The position numbers were made by a program, and so were the translations under genes. The notes below the pieces were generated by a model, which ran no database searches, was not told where the DNA came from, and was given only the letters and a program-made list of their open reading frames with translations. A stretch of 64,000 nt of DNA from the IMG/VR virus record IMGVR_UViG_3300047510_003167, positions 1 through 64,000 of that record. The stretch is one strand, 5' to 3'. Positions 27,926 to 38,035 of this stretch are shown piece after piece. The number at the start of each line of letters is the position of its first letter. Position 1 is the stretch's first letter. This DNA comes from a virus.

Positions 27926-30595
27926 ATGGGATTAACATATACTCCGGGATCGGGATGGAATTTAAATTATGATGCTGTTCAATCTTTAATAAACCTTGAT
28001 CCATATCGACAAAAATCTTTTATGTTTCGAATCGTCAAGGATGGCGATTGGAAGGGTAATTGGATTATAACAATTCCTTCATATAAATTAGATGCAAGTG
28101 GAAATAGAACTTATTATTCAGATTCCGAATTGCAACAAAGAGCAATTGATCATGTTCGGTCTTTAGGTGTAAATAAGTCTCAAAACTGGGAAGCAAAACA
28201 TGTTCAGTATCTTGAATCAGCACCCGCTAGTTCGCTTAATTCACTTGGAACTACCTATTTTCAAAAAGAAGCAGAAAACAATACAATTACAGCTTCAAAT
28301 AATATTGCGACAACTAACAACGCTGCTTACGACAAAGTTTTACAAGTAGCAACATCAACCCGTGGAGGTGATTACACTACGCAAAGAGAGATCGTAAGAA
28401 GTCTTGGTAACATTAATCCTGAACTTAAATCTGCACTTGAAAATTCTTTTAAAACTTTTTATCTAACAGAGAAATTACAGCAGTGGGACACCGCTCTTGG
28501 CGCTCAACCGCCATATGGAGCGTTTGATCCAAACTACTACAAAACCCAAAATCCAGGTGTACAACAAGCCTGGCAAGCTGCTGTTAATAATGATGATCTT
28601 GATATTACTGCCAGATATGGCGAGAATGGCTATTATCTGCAGCACTATACATCACAAGGAAGACCTGCAGGTTTGCGAGGTAATGCAGCAGAAACAACTG
28701 TTGCTGCACAAAACTATGTAGAAAATAAACCAACAGATGCTGATTTACAAGCATTAAGAACCCTTCAGTTGGGCATAAATACTGAAAGCATTTCACAAAG
28801 ATTGCTTGCAGTGCCAGAAGTTTCTGCGGAATGGGAAAAAGCAAAAAGTGGCGATGCATATTGGGCCTCTTTAGGAAAACAATATTATTTAGACACAAAT
28901 AAACCAGATGAGTTTGCAGCACTTTTTCGTTTATCTAATCGAGAGCAAGACAAACAAGTCAGTTTTAATTACAACTTAAATACCGGTGCAGGCGTCACTG
29001 AATTGGAGGATGCTTTAAATACGGCTGTAGGAGAAAAAGCACTTATTGATACTAAAAAATTTGGTGCATTAACTCAAAACGTGTTAAAAGACACGATTGA
29101 GGAAATGAAAAAAGCTAAGGCAAATGAACAGTTCCTTAGTTTTATGAGTGGTTTTGGTGGTTTCCAGGAGATTGTAGATATCAACAAAACTTTAACCGAT
29201 TCAATTTTGGGTGATAGTGGAGTAGGGGGAGTCTTATCATTTGTTTCTGGCGACCAAGGAGAAAGCTCCCTGGAAAAAAGTCTGCAAAACATTACTGGTA
29301 TTAGAAATTCAGCGACATACAATTGGCAACAGTGGTTTGATACCGCTTTAAAAAATAAATACGATAAGGAAATTGAATTAGGTTATACAAAAGAAGAAGC
29401 GCAACAAACTATTAAAATTGAAGCACAATTTGCAAGAGATTTTATTGATAAGTATTTGATTCCCAGATTTAATACTGCACGTTCAATGAATGAATTTGTA
29501 GAATATTTAGATGTTAGGCAATCAGAAAAAAACCCATTTCAAACACAAGATTTACTCGATGCAACATCATTGGTTGCCGATTTACGTGCTCGACAATACA
29601 TTGATCAAATAAAAGCTACAAACCCTAGATATTTTAATTCTGACTTTTACTTCAATCCCAGTGGAGATCGAGCAAGGGAAGATCGGTATTTATCACAAAC
29701 TGCAGAAGTAAACGCTGATTGGGAAGCGGCTAAAAGAGGTGATCCCTACTGGGCGCAACAAGCTTATCGTTTTGGAATAGATGTAAACAATAAAGATTCT
29801 TTTGCACGAATGCACTTTCAGGTGAAAGGACAAGGAAAAGGCTATGACGCTGCAGATGACATCTTGAATGCAAGTAAAGTAAGCAGTCAAATTTATGATG
29901 TCATTTTACCCGCTTTAAAAGAAGAAGTCTTAAAACAAGGAACTATCTTTGGTCAATTTATTAAGCCAGAAGAGTTTGCAGATGAGATGTTAAAAGGTCT
30001 GGATCCCAACAACAAAGGAACGTGGCAAGAAGTGTTAGATCAATATGGACTTAGCGAATTCAAAGGCGATATTAATGGCTTGCGTACTTATGTTATTGAA
30101 GCTCTTCAAACAGGTTCGGCCCAGCAAATTCGAGAACAAATTAAATACTTAAACGAAAAGCGCAAACGACCTACCCAGGAACTGCTTGGCATCACATACA
30201 TTGAAAGAGCAGAAGATTACACTGGAACAGCCAAAGCGGAAACCGAACTCTATAAAACATTTCAATCTGCTGGATACAAAGGAACAGAAGATGAGTTTTA
30301 CGAAAACTTTTTTCCTGATTTAGATAGATCCGAAATGAGTGCTTTAACAAAAGCAGGAACAGGAGAAACGTTTGAATTAACTGGTTTAAATTTCAATACG
30401 ACAGACCCCTTTGAAGCCATGGGAAATATTGAAAGATTTTTCCCAGATGATGAAGGAGAGACTGTCAATTCCTCCACCGGTAGTTCTTCTGATTTTTTCA
30501 GCTTAAGATTAGATGATGACGAAGAAGGTTACACCAAATCAAAAGCTGGTAGTGATTTTCTTGGTGAGTTTACATCTATGTTTAAAGGATTGTGA
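27926..30595 (+). CDS. Large protein with internal repeats, probably internal virion protein
   Basis: 889 aa; repeated (A/D)WE.AK.GD.YWA and F(D/N)..YY motifs; acidic C-terminus. Confidence 0.6.
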   Translation: MGLTYTPGSGWNLNYDAVQSLINLDPYRQKSFMFRIVKDGDWKGNWIITIPSYKLDASGNRTYYSDSELQQRAIDHVRSLGVNKSQNWEAKHVQYLESAPASSLNSLGTTYFQKEAENNTITASNNIATTNNAAYDKVLQVATSTRGGDYTTQREIVRSLGNINPELKSALENSFKTFYLTEKLQQWDTALGAQPPYGAFDPNYYKTQNPGVQQAWQAAVNNDDLDITARYGENGYYLQHYTSQGRPAGLRGNAAETTVAAQNYVENKPTDADLQALRTLQLGINTESISQRLLAVPEVSAEWEKAKSGDAYWASLGKQYYLDTNKPDEFAALFRLSNREQDKQVSFNYNLNTGAGVTELEDALNTAVGEKALIDTKKFGALTQNVLKDTIEEMKKAKANEQFLSFMSGFGGFQEIVDINKTLTDSILGDSGVGGVLSFVSGDQGESSLEKSLQNITGIRNSATYNWQQWFDTALKNKYDKEIELGYTKEEAQQTIKIEAQFARDFIDKYLIPRFNTARSMNEFVEYLDVRQSEKNPFQTQDLLDATSLVADLRARQYIDQIKATNPRYFNSDFYFNPSGDRAREDRYLSQTAEVNADWEAAKRGDPYWAQQAYRFGIDVNNKDSFARMHFQVKGQGKGYDAADDILNASKVSSQIYDVILPALKEEVLKQGTIFGQFIKPEEFADEMLKGLDPNNKGTWQEVLDQYGLSEFKGDINGLRTYVIEALQTGSAQQIREQIKYLNEKRKRPTQELLGITYIERAEDYTGTAKAETELYKTFQSAGYKGTEDEFYENFFPDLDRSEMSALTKAGTGETFELTGLNFNTTDPFEAMGNIERFFPDDEGETVNSSTGSSSDFFSLRLDDDEEGYTKSKAGSDFLGEFTSMFKGL

Positions 30596-30894
30596 TGGCT
30601 GATAAACGGAAAAAAGCTGCATCTGCTGCCAAATTGGCAAAAGACAAGATGGCCTGTAATAAACCAAGGAAGACCCCTGGTCACCCCACCAAGTCACACG
30701 TTGTTAAAGCATGTGACAACGGCAAAGAAAAAATTATCCGTTTTGGCCAGCAAGGCGTAGAAGGTGCTGGTAAAAATCCTCAAACGGCAAAGGATAAGGC
30801 GAGAAAGCGATCTTATTACGCACGCCACAATGCCCAAGATCCCAACCCAGACAAAATGTCCGCCAGATGGTGGTCGCACCGCGTAAAATGGTGA
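30592..30894 (+). CDS. Small basic conserved phage protein
   Basis: KSHVVKAC...KIIRFGQQG...RKRSYYARH...SARWWS..KW pattern common in phages. Confidence 0.7.
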   Translation: MMADKRKKAASAAKLAKDKMACNKPRKTPGHPTKSHVVKACDNGKEKIIRFGQQGVEGAGKNPQTAKDKARKRSYYARHNAQDPNPDKMSARWWSHRVKW

Positions 30895-30912
30895 GGCCTT
30901 CAAATCAATCTC

Positions 30913-31035
30913 ATGGCAAAGCCCAAAGGAACAACCACTATCCGCCTGGAATCCAAGCCCAAAGCTACCAAGCAAGGTAACGGACGTAACTCCAAACCTT
31001 CCCACGGACGTAAATTAAAGCGCGGCCAAGGCTGA
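30913..31035 (+). CDS. 40 aa very basic peptide (MAKPKG...KLKRGQG)
   Basis: Read manually; fills the gap between co-oriented genes. Confidence 0.6.
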   Translation: MAKPKGTTTIRLESKPKATKQGNGRNSKPSHGRKLKRGQG

Positions 31036-31080
31036 TTGTTACATAATTTGTGTATATTGGGGATAGCAATAGTTATCCCC

Positions 31081-31740
31081 ATGGCTGATTTCAGCTGCGC
31101 ACTTAACCTCATTCGTAAGTATGAAGGTTTTAACGAAAAGGCGTACGCCGATCCGCTTACTGGTGGAGAACCTTACACCATTGGATTTGGCACTCAGTTT
31201 TACCCTGACGGCTCTCCGGTAAAGCGGGGACAATGCTGTACAAAAGAAAAAGCACTGGAATATTTGTTTCACGAAGTTCAAGTCATTGACTCACAACTTC
31301 AAAAACTCAACATGGGGCTTGATGACTCCATGCGTCAAGCATTAATTTCTTTTGTTCACTCTGTAGGCTGGGAGCCTTTTCTTTACAGCGGAGTCATTGA
31401 TGCCGTTGATTGCGAAGATTGGGCGATGGCCGCACAGGAAATTAACCGCTGGATCTTCAATGAGGAACATAAAGTCATTGGTGGTTTATTGGATCGTCGC
31501 AGGGATGAATCAAATCTCTTTCTCCTGGAAGTAGACGCCAACCCCTGGGTGTCAACTGAAATTCTTCTGACTGCCTTCAGGAATTATTCAGCTGCTCCTC
31601 ATCAAGTGCGAGCCATTCGTGTCTTGGAAGAAAAAATCAATCCTTACGTGTTGTCAGAATTTGCCAACGATTACCGCATTGACGATAATCCGTGGATTGA
31701 ATACCCCAGCGAAGAGCTTGACTCTTTATTTAATGTGTAG
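31081..31740 (+). CDS. GH24 (T4/P21-type) lysozyme with C-terminal extension
   Basis: IRKYEGFNEKAYADP...YTIGFG (E-x8-D...T catalytic triad)...GLLDRRRDE. Confidence 0.88.
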   Translation: MADFSCALNLIRKYEGFNEKAYADPLTGGEPYTIGFGTQFYPDGSPVKRGQCCTKEKALEYLFHEVQVIDSQLQKLNMGLDDSMRQALISFVHSVGWEPFLYSGVIDAVDCEDWAMAAQEINRWIFNEEHKVIGGLLDRRRDESNLFLLEVDANPWVSTEILLTAFRNYSAAPHQVRAIRVLEEKINPYVLSEFANDYRIDDNPWIEYPSEELDSLFNV

Positions 31741-31766
31741 ACTTAGAATACATTGAGTGAAGCAAG

Positions 31767-32066
31767 ATGAATGCGATGGATCGTTCAGTTGAGCCTCGGG
31801 AATTTGAACTTCCTTTAGAGCTTCAATTCTCCATGCGCAAAGCCGAGCTTCAAGCCAATGAAATGTGCTGGGAAGAACTCCACGCCGCACTCCTTAACCT
31901 GTACTACCAGCGGTTAATGGAGTGGCAGGCGGTTCGCGAAATCTTGGCAGATGAAAATATCGAGTTGAGTTTTGACGTTCCTACCGACTTGGAATTAGCA
32001 GAACTCGCCGCCGCCTGTATGGGCGACGACGAGGAGAATGACGAAGAAGAATATCAACCCTTCTAG
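31767..32066 (+). CDS. nblA: NblA-like phycobilisome degradation protein with acidic tail
   Basis: LPLELQFSMR..ELQANEM..EEL...LLNLYYQ matches the NblA pattern LSLEQQFSIR...QV..MS..Q....L..LY.Q. Confidence 0.6.
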   Translation: MNAMDRSVEPREFELPLELQFSMRKAELQANEMCWEELHAALLNLYYQRLMEWQAVREILADENIELSFDVPTDLELAELAAACMGDDEENDEEEYQPF

Positions 32067-32545
32067 ATTCCTTCGTCGAAAGCAACTAAGCGCTCAAGGT
32101 ACCACTGAGCTTTTTGCAACGACTCGGTACCGCCCTTAAGGCGTTCACGCCACAGATATTTAACGCAGTTGCCCTTGAGATAACCGCGATATTCTTCAGC
32201 CGTAAGCTGGGCTTCAATCGCTTCAATGCATTCAATTCCGCCATCAAGATAATGAGGCGGATGATTAACAAGATCAGGTTGAAGTTGTGGGGCGGCAGGG
32301 GTAGTTAGCCAGGGAACCGGGCAAACACCATCTTTGCAACCGTCTTCTTCTACCGGCTTAAACCACGACGCTTGCGTGACTGCTCCAGCATCTCCTCCTT
32401 GGGTCCCGCCAGGGCCAGCACTAATGCTTTGGGACGGGGTGATGCCCCCATTTCCATCCCCTGTTCCATCGACGGAATGTAACCCGTCATTCCGGGCCGT
32501 GCGCCCTCGAGTTCCAGATTCTTCCTGGGACGATCTTGCTGACAT
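32063..32545 (-). CDS. DUF3310-type (SaV-like) protein
   Basis: DLVNHPPHY..GGIECIEAI...GYLKGNCVKYLWR...KGG.ESLQKAQWYL. Confidence 0.8.
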   Translation of the reverse strand: MSARSSQEESGTRGRTARNDGLHSVDGTGDGNGGITPSQSISAGPGGTQGGDAGAVTQASWFKPVEEDGCKDGVCPVPWLTTPAAPQLQPDLVNHPPHYLDGGIECIEAIEAQLTAEEYRGYLKGNCVKYLWRERLKGGTESLQKAQWYLERLVAFDEGI

Positions 32546-32694
32546 GCGACGAGTCCACGATTGTACTGATCGTACAATGGTACATCATTTTCTTCGTTGT
32601 CCAGCGGAGCGCCAAACATTTCTTCAGTTAAGCAACGACACTTAACTTCATCTTGTACAAAACTATCTAAAAACCCCAGTGCATCGCCATGCAT
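32350..32694 (-). CDS. Hypothetical protein
   Basis: 114 aa; overlaps the downstream gene by 196 nt. Confidence 0.5.
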   Translation of the reverse strand: MHGDALGFLDSFVQDEVKCRCLTEEMFGAPLDNEENDVPLYDQYNRGLVACQQDRPRKNLELEGARPGMTGYIPSMEQGMEMGASPRPKALVLALAGPKEEMLEQSRKRRGLSR

Positions 32695-32732
32695 AATATC
32701 TGGACTTGTATTATCTCATTTACAATATTATC

Positions 32733-33107
32733 ATGGCAGATTTGTACCGCTCTACATACGATCCTCGGCAGCTCTCTGGTACTTCAGGGGCCGAACTTTC
32801 GGACTTGAATCCGGCCCAGGCGTATGACACAGACCTTAGGCGTGTAGAAGAAAAATCCAGGGGTGCAACAGAGTCTGTAAATGACGATCAGCTGCGTAAA
32901 GCAAAGTTCTTTGCAGCGGCAAAATCCGCTGGAAAGTTTAAACAAAAAGCTCAGATAGACGAACCAACTATTCGTGGAAGAACTCCACGTAATGAAGCGG
33001 TGCTGGATGGAACAAACCTCCCAAGCATGGGAGATGAGTTTGGCACCGTAGGCTCAACAAATTATGCAAACAAACCGTTGCCAAACTTTGGGCGACCCTT
33101 TGTTTAA
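32733..33107 (+). CDS. Hypothetical protein
   Basis: ATG at 32733 in ORF 32706..33107; TACAAT just upstream. Confidence 0.55.
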   Translation: MADLYRSTYDPRQLSGTSGAELSDLNPAQAYDTDLRRVEEKSRGATESVNDDQLRKAKFFAAAKSAGKFKQKAQIDEPTIRGRTPRNEAVLDGTNLPSMGDEFGTVGSTNYANKPLPNFGRPFV

Positions 33108-33319
33108 TATTCTTGTTGACTGTAATATTCAAGGTCCAAAGAATCTTGAAGTTGATCAAAAACTTCTGCAATCATATTGAGAACCCATTGAACATTGTCA
33201 GACCTGTAATTAGACAGGTTTTTAGAAAGCTCTGCATTTTCTAAATGAATTACAGAACGAATTAAGACATTCAAAATGTCTAGGCGTTGTTCAATATCTT
33301 GGGAAGTTACGGTATTCAT
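33104..33319 (-). CDS. Small helical hypothetical protein
   Basis: 71 aa, coupled to dcd. Confidence 0.55.
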   Translation of the reverse strand: MNTVTSQDIEQRLDILNVLIRSVIHLENAELSKNLSNYRSDNVQWVLNMIAEVFDQLQDSLDLEYYSQQEY

Positions 33320-33903
33320 GCTTTGGAGAAAACAATTTCTTTCTTTTGGTTTTGATATTTACCTTTACGGTCCTGGTAGGACACTTCGCAGGGATTACCT
33401 CGGTAGAAAAGAAGTTGAGTAATACCTTCGTTCGCGTAGATGCGATTGAATAAACCAGTACAGTTACTGATTTCCAACGTCAGGTAACCTTCCCACATGC
33501 TTTCGGCGGGCGTGATGTTCACGAGGATTCCTGAACGAGCGTAAGTTGACTTGCCAACAGCAACCACGCTCACGTCACGGGGAAGTTTAAGTCGCTCCTG
33601 GGCCACACCCAGACAATAGCCGTAGGGAGGAAGGATGAAATACTGACCCTTTTCGTCTTCGTGAAGCTCAGCCGGAGTCAGGATCGAAGGGTCAAAATCT
33701 TTTGGATCACAGTCACCGGCCTGGATACGACCAAAGATTAAACATTCTTTAGGCGACAAACGAATGTCGTACCCATATGAGCTAAGCCCATAGCTCAGGA
33801 TGCGCCTGCCATCTTCTTTACTGACCAAAGCCCCCTGGAAAGGCGAGATCATCTCTTCGTTTTCCGCGAGTTCTTTAATTTCCCAGTCAGCAAGAAGGCT
33901 CAT
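33316..33903 (-). CDS. dcd: dCTP deaminase
   Basis: SYGLSSYGYDIRL...GKSTYARSG..VNITPAE..WEGYLTLE...YANEGITQ...SYQDRKGKYQNQ. Confidence 0.92.
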   Translation of the reverse strand: MSLLADWEIKELAENEEMISPFQGALVSKEDGRRILSYGLSSYGYDIRLSPKECLIFGRIQAGDCDPKDFDPSILTPAELHEDEKGQYFILPPYGYCLGVAQERLKLPRDVSVVAVGKSTYARSGILVNITPAESMWEGYLTLEISNCTGLFNRIYANEGITQLLFYRGNPCEVSYQDRKGKYQNQKKEIVFSKA

Positions 33904-33934
33904 AATTTCACTGAATCCAGTTCAATATACCAAA

Positions 33935-34522
33935 TCAGCAAAGGACTCGGCCTTTTTCTGAATAAATGTCAACAAAGTTTTGAATGGCTCCCTCAGTATT
34001 TTTCATCGGAGGAAGATACACCAATAACGAGGTGCAGGTCTTATGTTTGCCGATTCCCTGACTTGTGTTTTTTATCAGGTTTGGGGCAGTGCGCAAGATA
34101 CATACAGGAAAATCAAAGATTTGCTGTTCGTACCGGATCATGTCAGGGCAATTCGTAAAGTAAAGGCCCTGGTCTACCTGGCGGTTAAACCAAAACTTAA
34201 ACAACTTACGAAACCACACCGCATGAGAAGAAACCAAAGAAGGTGACGAAGACCGCGTCATCTTCCACTTGTCGCTTTTCTTGTCCCAAAAGTAGGCCCC
34301 ACTTGGAGGAAACAAATACACACGTCCGTACCACTCCTGTGCGTTTAATCCATCGTCCAGGGGAGTGTAAAATTTTTCAGCTTGAACAAACGTATTTGCA
34401 ACCTTGGAACTGGCAACATCAAGTTCAATGCCCCCAAGTAAACCGTGCGCAGCGGCAACCAAGTCCTTATTGGTGATCAGTTCTAAGTCTTCTTTACGGC
34501 TATAAATGCTTGGAATAGCCAT
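33935..34522 (-). CDS. Phage DNA N6-adenine methyltransferase-like protein with altered catalytic motif
   Basis: IELDVASS..AN..V.A..FYT..DDGL..EW.G.VYLFPPS; canonical family has NPPY. Confidence 0.6.
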   Translation of the reverse strand: MAIPSIYSRKEDLELITNKDLVAAAHGLLGGIELDVASSKVANTFVQAEKFYTPLDDGLNAQEWYGRVYLFPPSGAYFWDKKSDKWKMTRSSSPSLVSSHAVWFRKLFKFWFNRQVDQGLYFTNCPDMIRYEQQIFDFPVCILRTAPNLIKNTSQGIGKHKTCTSLLVYLPPMKNTEGAIQNFVDIYSEKGRVLC

Positions 34523-34908
34523 TATTCCTCTGCCTTCTTGTTGTAATCAACTTGGCAGTACCTAAATCCTTCGCTGTCTTTAATAATGTAACCAGCAGCT
34601 TCCAGGGGATTAATTTTTTGTGCGGCTTCTAAGATGCGACGGAAGCTTTCGGCTGTGTCACCATCACTCGCAGATTCACACTCTTGCTGCGCTGCATACA
34701 AATCTTCAAGTGTCCAGTAAGCCATTGAGTTATTTCCGTTTTCTGGTTGGAAGACCATCACACCGGGCCCCCTCAGATCCCAAAATTGGCAATACTGCTT
34801 GCCCATGTCGCCAAGCGTAAGGCGAACCACAGCATCAAGCATCTTTGCTTTCATCTCATCTGCATCGGGACCAAGAGTCTTGGCGATCAGCTTCTCACGT
34901 CTGCTCAT
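34522..34908 (-). CDS. Hypothetical protein
   Basis: 128 aa in a coupled minus-strand operon. Confidence 0.6.
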   Translation of the reverse strand: MSRREKLIAKTLGPDADEMKAKMLDAVVRLTLGDMGKQYCQFWDLRGPGVMVFQPENGNNSMAYWTLEDLYAAQQECESASDGDTAESFRRILEAAQKINPLEAAGYIIKDSEGFRYCQVDYNKKAEE

Positions 34909-35414
34909 GGCTCAACCAACTTTTGTTTAATTAAAGCCTCTAGCATCTTAGGTAAAGGCTTGTAGATAACAACAAGCTTACCAAGATTTCCACGCTTTTT
35001 GACAAGCTTTCCTTTTTCATCACGAAGTTTGTCAAATTCTCCGGCGCGTATCAAATACTCTGCAACGCAACGCAATCGTCTCTTCAGAGGAAGTTCAGCT
35101 TGGGGGAATCGACCACAAATTGTTTCAGGACGCATATCTCTAAAAGCAATCCGCAGTCGATTGGCAAGAGTCATTGAAGAATGGGGGTCTTCTTCTTCAT
35201 AATTTCTTAAGTTTTCCAGGTACCGGCGTAATACCAAATCATCAAAAGAACCTTCGGGTGGAAGGAAGGACTGCACCTGTCGAATCAAGGATTCAGGCAA
35301 CAACTCTTCGTGGTTATCAACAGTGACAAGTGTGATGTCTAAACCATGGAAACGACTAGGCATGTTCCGACCGCCCCCTATCGGATGAAACATAGAAAGG
35401 CTTGGACACTTCAA
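34905..35414 (-). CDS. Hypothetical protein (true start probably MPSRF at about 35363)
   Basis: Coupled operon; basic winged-helix-like C-terminus. Confidence 0.55.
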   Translation of the reverse strand: MKCPSLSMFHPIGGGRNMPSRFHGLDITLVTVDNHEELLPESLIRQVQSFLPPEGSFDDLVLRRYLENLRNYEEEDPHSSMTLANRLRIAFRDMRPETICGRFPQAELPLKRRLRCVAEYLIRAGEFDKLRDEKGKLVKKRGNLGKLVVIYKPLPKMLEALIKQKLVEP

Positions 35415-35775
35415 AGTCTCGTTTTTCCAGCTTCCGATTTTTTACAAATTCTTGAACCAGTGTATTCCACGGAATACGGATAATTGCTTTTCGAACTGAA
35501 CAAGGACTGATATTGACGTAATGCAGACCCTCCACCCATCCCTTCTCTGGGTTCTTTTTGCCAACGCTGATCCAGTTCCGAATTGTTTGGTCGCTTATCC
35601 CAAGGCGAGTCGCACATTCTTCCGTGGAAATATACTCGTCAGCAAATGCGTCAGGATGAAGAGAGGCATCTGGCGCATTTTGAGCAGTGTTACGCCAAAT
35701 AGAAGAAAGGATATTTTTAATTCCCTTCAGCTCATGAGCTACATCTTCCAATCCTTTTCGGATTCCGTAAGCCAT
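35356..35775 (-). CDS. HTH DNA-binding protein (Xis/MerR-like)
   Basis: YISTEECATRLGISDQTIRNWI...WVEGLHYV. Confidence 0.7.
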   Translation of the reverse strand: MAYGIRKGLEDVAHELKGIKNILSSIWRNTAQNAPDASLHPDAFADEYISTEECATRLGISDQTIRNWISVGKKNPEKGWVEGLHYVNISPCSVRKAIIRIPWNTLVQEFVKNRKLEKRDFEVSKPFYVSSDRGRSEHA

Positions 35776-35831
35776 ACGTCGACACTTTTTGTTTAGATGC
35801 TAAGGTATGGGAAAAGATTTTGCACGGTTAA

Positions 35832-36167
35832 ATGGAAAATCAAATTCCGCCCAGTAACGTTCCTTCTCCCCTGGAAAACTTAGAAGGACAGCAACTGACA
35901 CTGCCCCCGAACATCACGCCGCAACAACTGGAACAATTGAAGGCTCGTGCCAGGGAGGCAGCCATCCGCATGACCCTGGAACAAAACCAAGCACAAGTCC
36001 CAGTCCCTTCTCAGGTTCCACCAAGGGTTGTTTATGTGCGGCGTAATTTGACAGTCGCAGAACTTTTAGTTGTATTTGTGATTTCCTGCGGGATTGTTAC
36101 AGGTCTTCAAGCAGGTTGGAGCCTTGCAACTAACCTTGTTCCGCGCATTGAAATCAAGCTGAAATAG
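35832..36167 (+). CDS. Membrane protein
   Basis: Q/P-rich N-terminus and a C-terminal hydrophobic helix. Confidence 0.6.
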   Translation: MENQIPPSNVPSPLENLEGQQLTLPPNITPQQLEQLKARAREAAIRMTLEQNQAQVPVPSQVPPRVVYVRRNLTVAELLVVFVISCGIVTGLQAGWSLATNLVPRIEIKLK

Positions 36168-36219
36168 CTTGGACACATTGCGATTATAATTCAATTTAAG
36201 GCCTTTTGTGATTGAGTAG

Positions 36220-37992
36220 GTGGCTAATAGGAGAATATCTGAACTGCCCGAATTGCTCGGAGCAGATATTGCGGATCAAGATCTGCTGACGATTGTTCAC
36301 GTATTTGAAGTTGACCCTACTCTCAAGAACAAAAAACTTACAATTTCCGGTTTTAATTCTTATTTAAGAACTAAGTATATTCCTGTTACCGGCGGCATAT
36401 TAACCGGTGACGTTGTAGTAAACGGCAACTTACAAGTCACTGGTGCCACCTCTGTAACAACTATTACAGGCACCAGTGTTGCAACGTTTAACTCGGTAAT
36501 CGTTCAGACCAACCTTCAAGCACTTGGCACTATTAGTGGCCAAACAATTACTGGCGTTCAAGTTCACGCCGAAACGGGCATCTTTAACTCGCAGGTCTTT
36601 TCTCCTGTTGTTACTGGTAATACCGGACGTTTTACCAATATTACCGGTGTAAGTGGTACGTTCACGTCCCAGTTATCAGGCGCCACAATCACTGGTAATA
36701 CAGGGCAATTTACAAATTTAACCGGAGTTGCGGGTACATTTACCTCTACGTTATCCGGCGCTAGCGTTACTGGAAATATTGGAAACTTCACAACCATTAC
36801 AGGTGCAACCGGAGTTTTTACCGGCACCTTATCTGGAACGACAGTAACCGGTAATACGGGCCAATTTACAGCTGTCACTGGAAGTACCGCAAACTTTACT
36901 TCTGTAACAGGTGTTAGCGGTGTATTTACATCACAACTTTCTGGTGCTGTCATTACTGGAAACACCGGTAGATTTACAAGCATTACTGGTGTCACAGGAG
37001 TATTTACGACTGTTGTTTCCGGTGCTACCGTCACTGGCAACACGGGTCAATTTACAAATTTGACTGGTGTTTCGGCAGGTTTTACCACTGTTACGGGTAT
37101 TACTGTTACCGGGACCACGGCTAATTTTGTATCCGGAACGTTTACCACACAACTCTCCGGTTTATTAATAACTGGAAATACGGCTCAGTTCACAACACTT
37201 ACTGGAGCTACTGCTGGATTTACCACCGTTACGGGCGTAACTGTTACGGGGACCACGGCTAATTTTGTTTCAGGTGTATTTACAACTCAGCTCTCAGGTA
37301 CGTCCATAACTGGACAGACGGCTAACTTTTCAAACATTACGGGCGTTAGTGGGACATTCACTACCACTGTCAGCGGAGCGACTGTTACCGGAAACACGGG
37401 ACGCTTTAGCACCCTTACGGGAAACACTGCTGGTTTCACAACCGTTACTGGTGTAACTGTTACAGGAACAACGGCTAATTTTACGTCAGGTGTATTTACA
37501 ACTCAATTATCAGGCACCTTGGTTACTGGTAATACAATTACTGCAACCAGTGGTGTCTTTCAGTTCTTAACGGCAGTAAACCAAGCGTTTGGCGGAAACC
37601 TTACCTTTTCAGGTAATACATTTACCCTTGGATCTGGTTATTTCAGCTCTGGGATTAGTGTCACTGGAACAGTCAGCGGCGAAACAATTACTGGAACCAG
37701 TGGTGTATTTACCACAGTTACTGGTACAAGTGGAGTATTTACAACCATTACCGGTGGAACGGTTAACTTCACTTCCGTAAATGCTGTAAGCGGAATCTTT
37801 GTAACCGTTACCGGAACGGATGGAAATTTCAATACAGTTACGGGTAATTCTGGACGTTTTACCAATATCACAGGCAGCACTTTAAACATCACAACCCCCT
37901 CTGGAGCAACTCCAGCTATTGTTTGTTCAGGCGTTGTGTCTGGCAGCACAAGTGGATTTGTTATCCAAGGCCCGCTAATTATCCTTCCTTAA
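36220..37992 (+). CDS. Thr/Gly-rich repeat fibre/spike protein
   Basis: MANRRISELP anchor followed by about 10 aa periodic repeats (TGNTGQFTN(I/L)TGVSGTFTSQLSG). Confidence 0.75.
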   Translation: MANRRISELPELLGADIADQDLLTIVHVFEVDPTLKNKKLTISGFNSYLRTKYIPVTGGILTGDVVVNGNLQVTGATSVTTITGTSVATFNSVIVQTNLQALGTISGQTITGVQVHAETGIFNSQVFSPVVTGNTGRFTNITGVSGTFTSQLSGATITGNTGQFTNLTGVAGTFTSTLSGASVTGNIGNFTTITGATGVFTGTLSGTTVTGNTGQFTAVTGSTANFTSVTGVSGVFTSQLSGAVITGNTGRFTSITGVTGVFTTVVSGATVTGNTGQFTNLTGVSAGFTTVTGITVTGTTANFVSGTFTTQLSGLLITGNTAQFTTLTGATAGFTTVTGVTVTGTTANFVSGVFTTQLSGTSITGQTANFSNITGVSGTFTTTVSGATVTGNTGRFSTLTGNTAGFTTVTGVTVTGTTANFTSGVFTTQLSGTLVTGNTITATSGVFQFLTAVNQAFGGNLTFSGNTFTLGSGYFSSGISVTGTVSGETITGTSGVFTTVTGTSGVFTTITGGTVNFTSVNAVSGIFVTVTGTDGNFNTVTGNSGRFTNITGSTLNITTPSGATPAIVCSGVVSGSTSGFVIQGPLIILP

Positions 37993-38035
37993 GATTAATC
38001 GCTTAGTTAAAGTAAAATAAGAAAAAAAGATTGCC

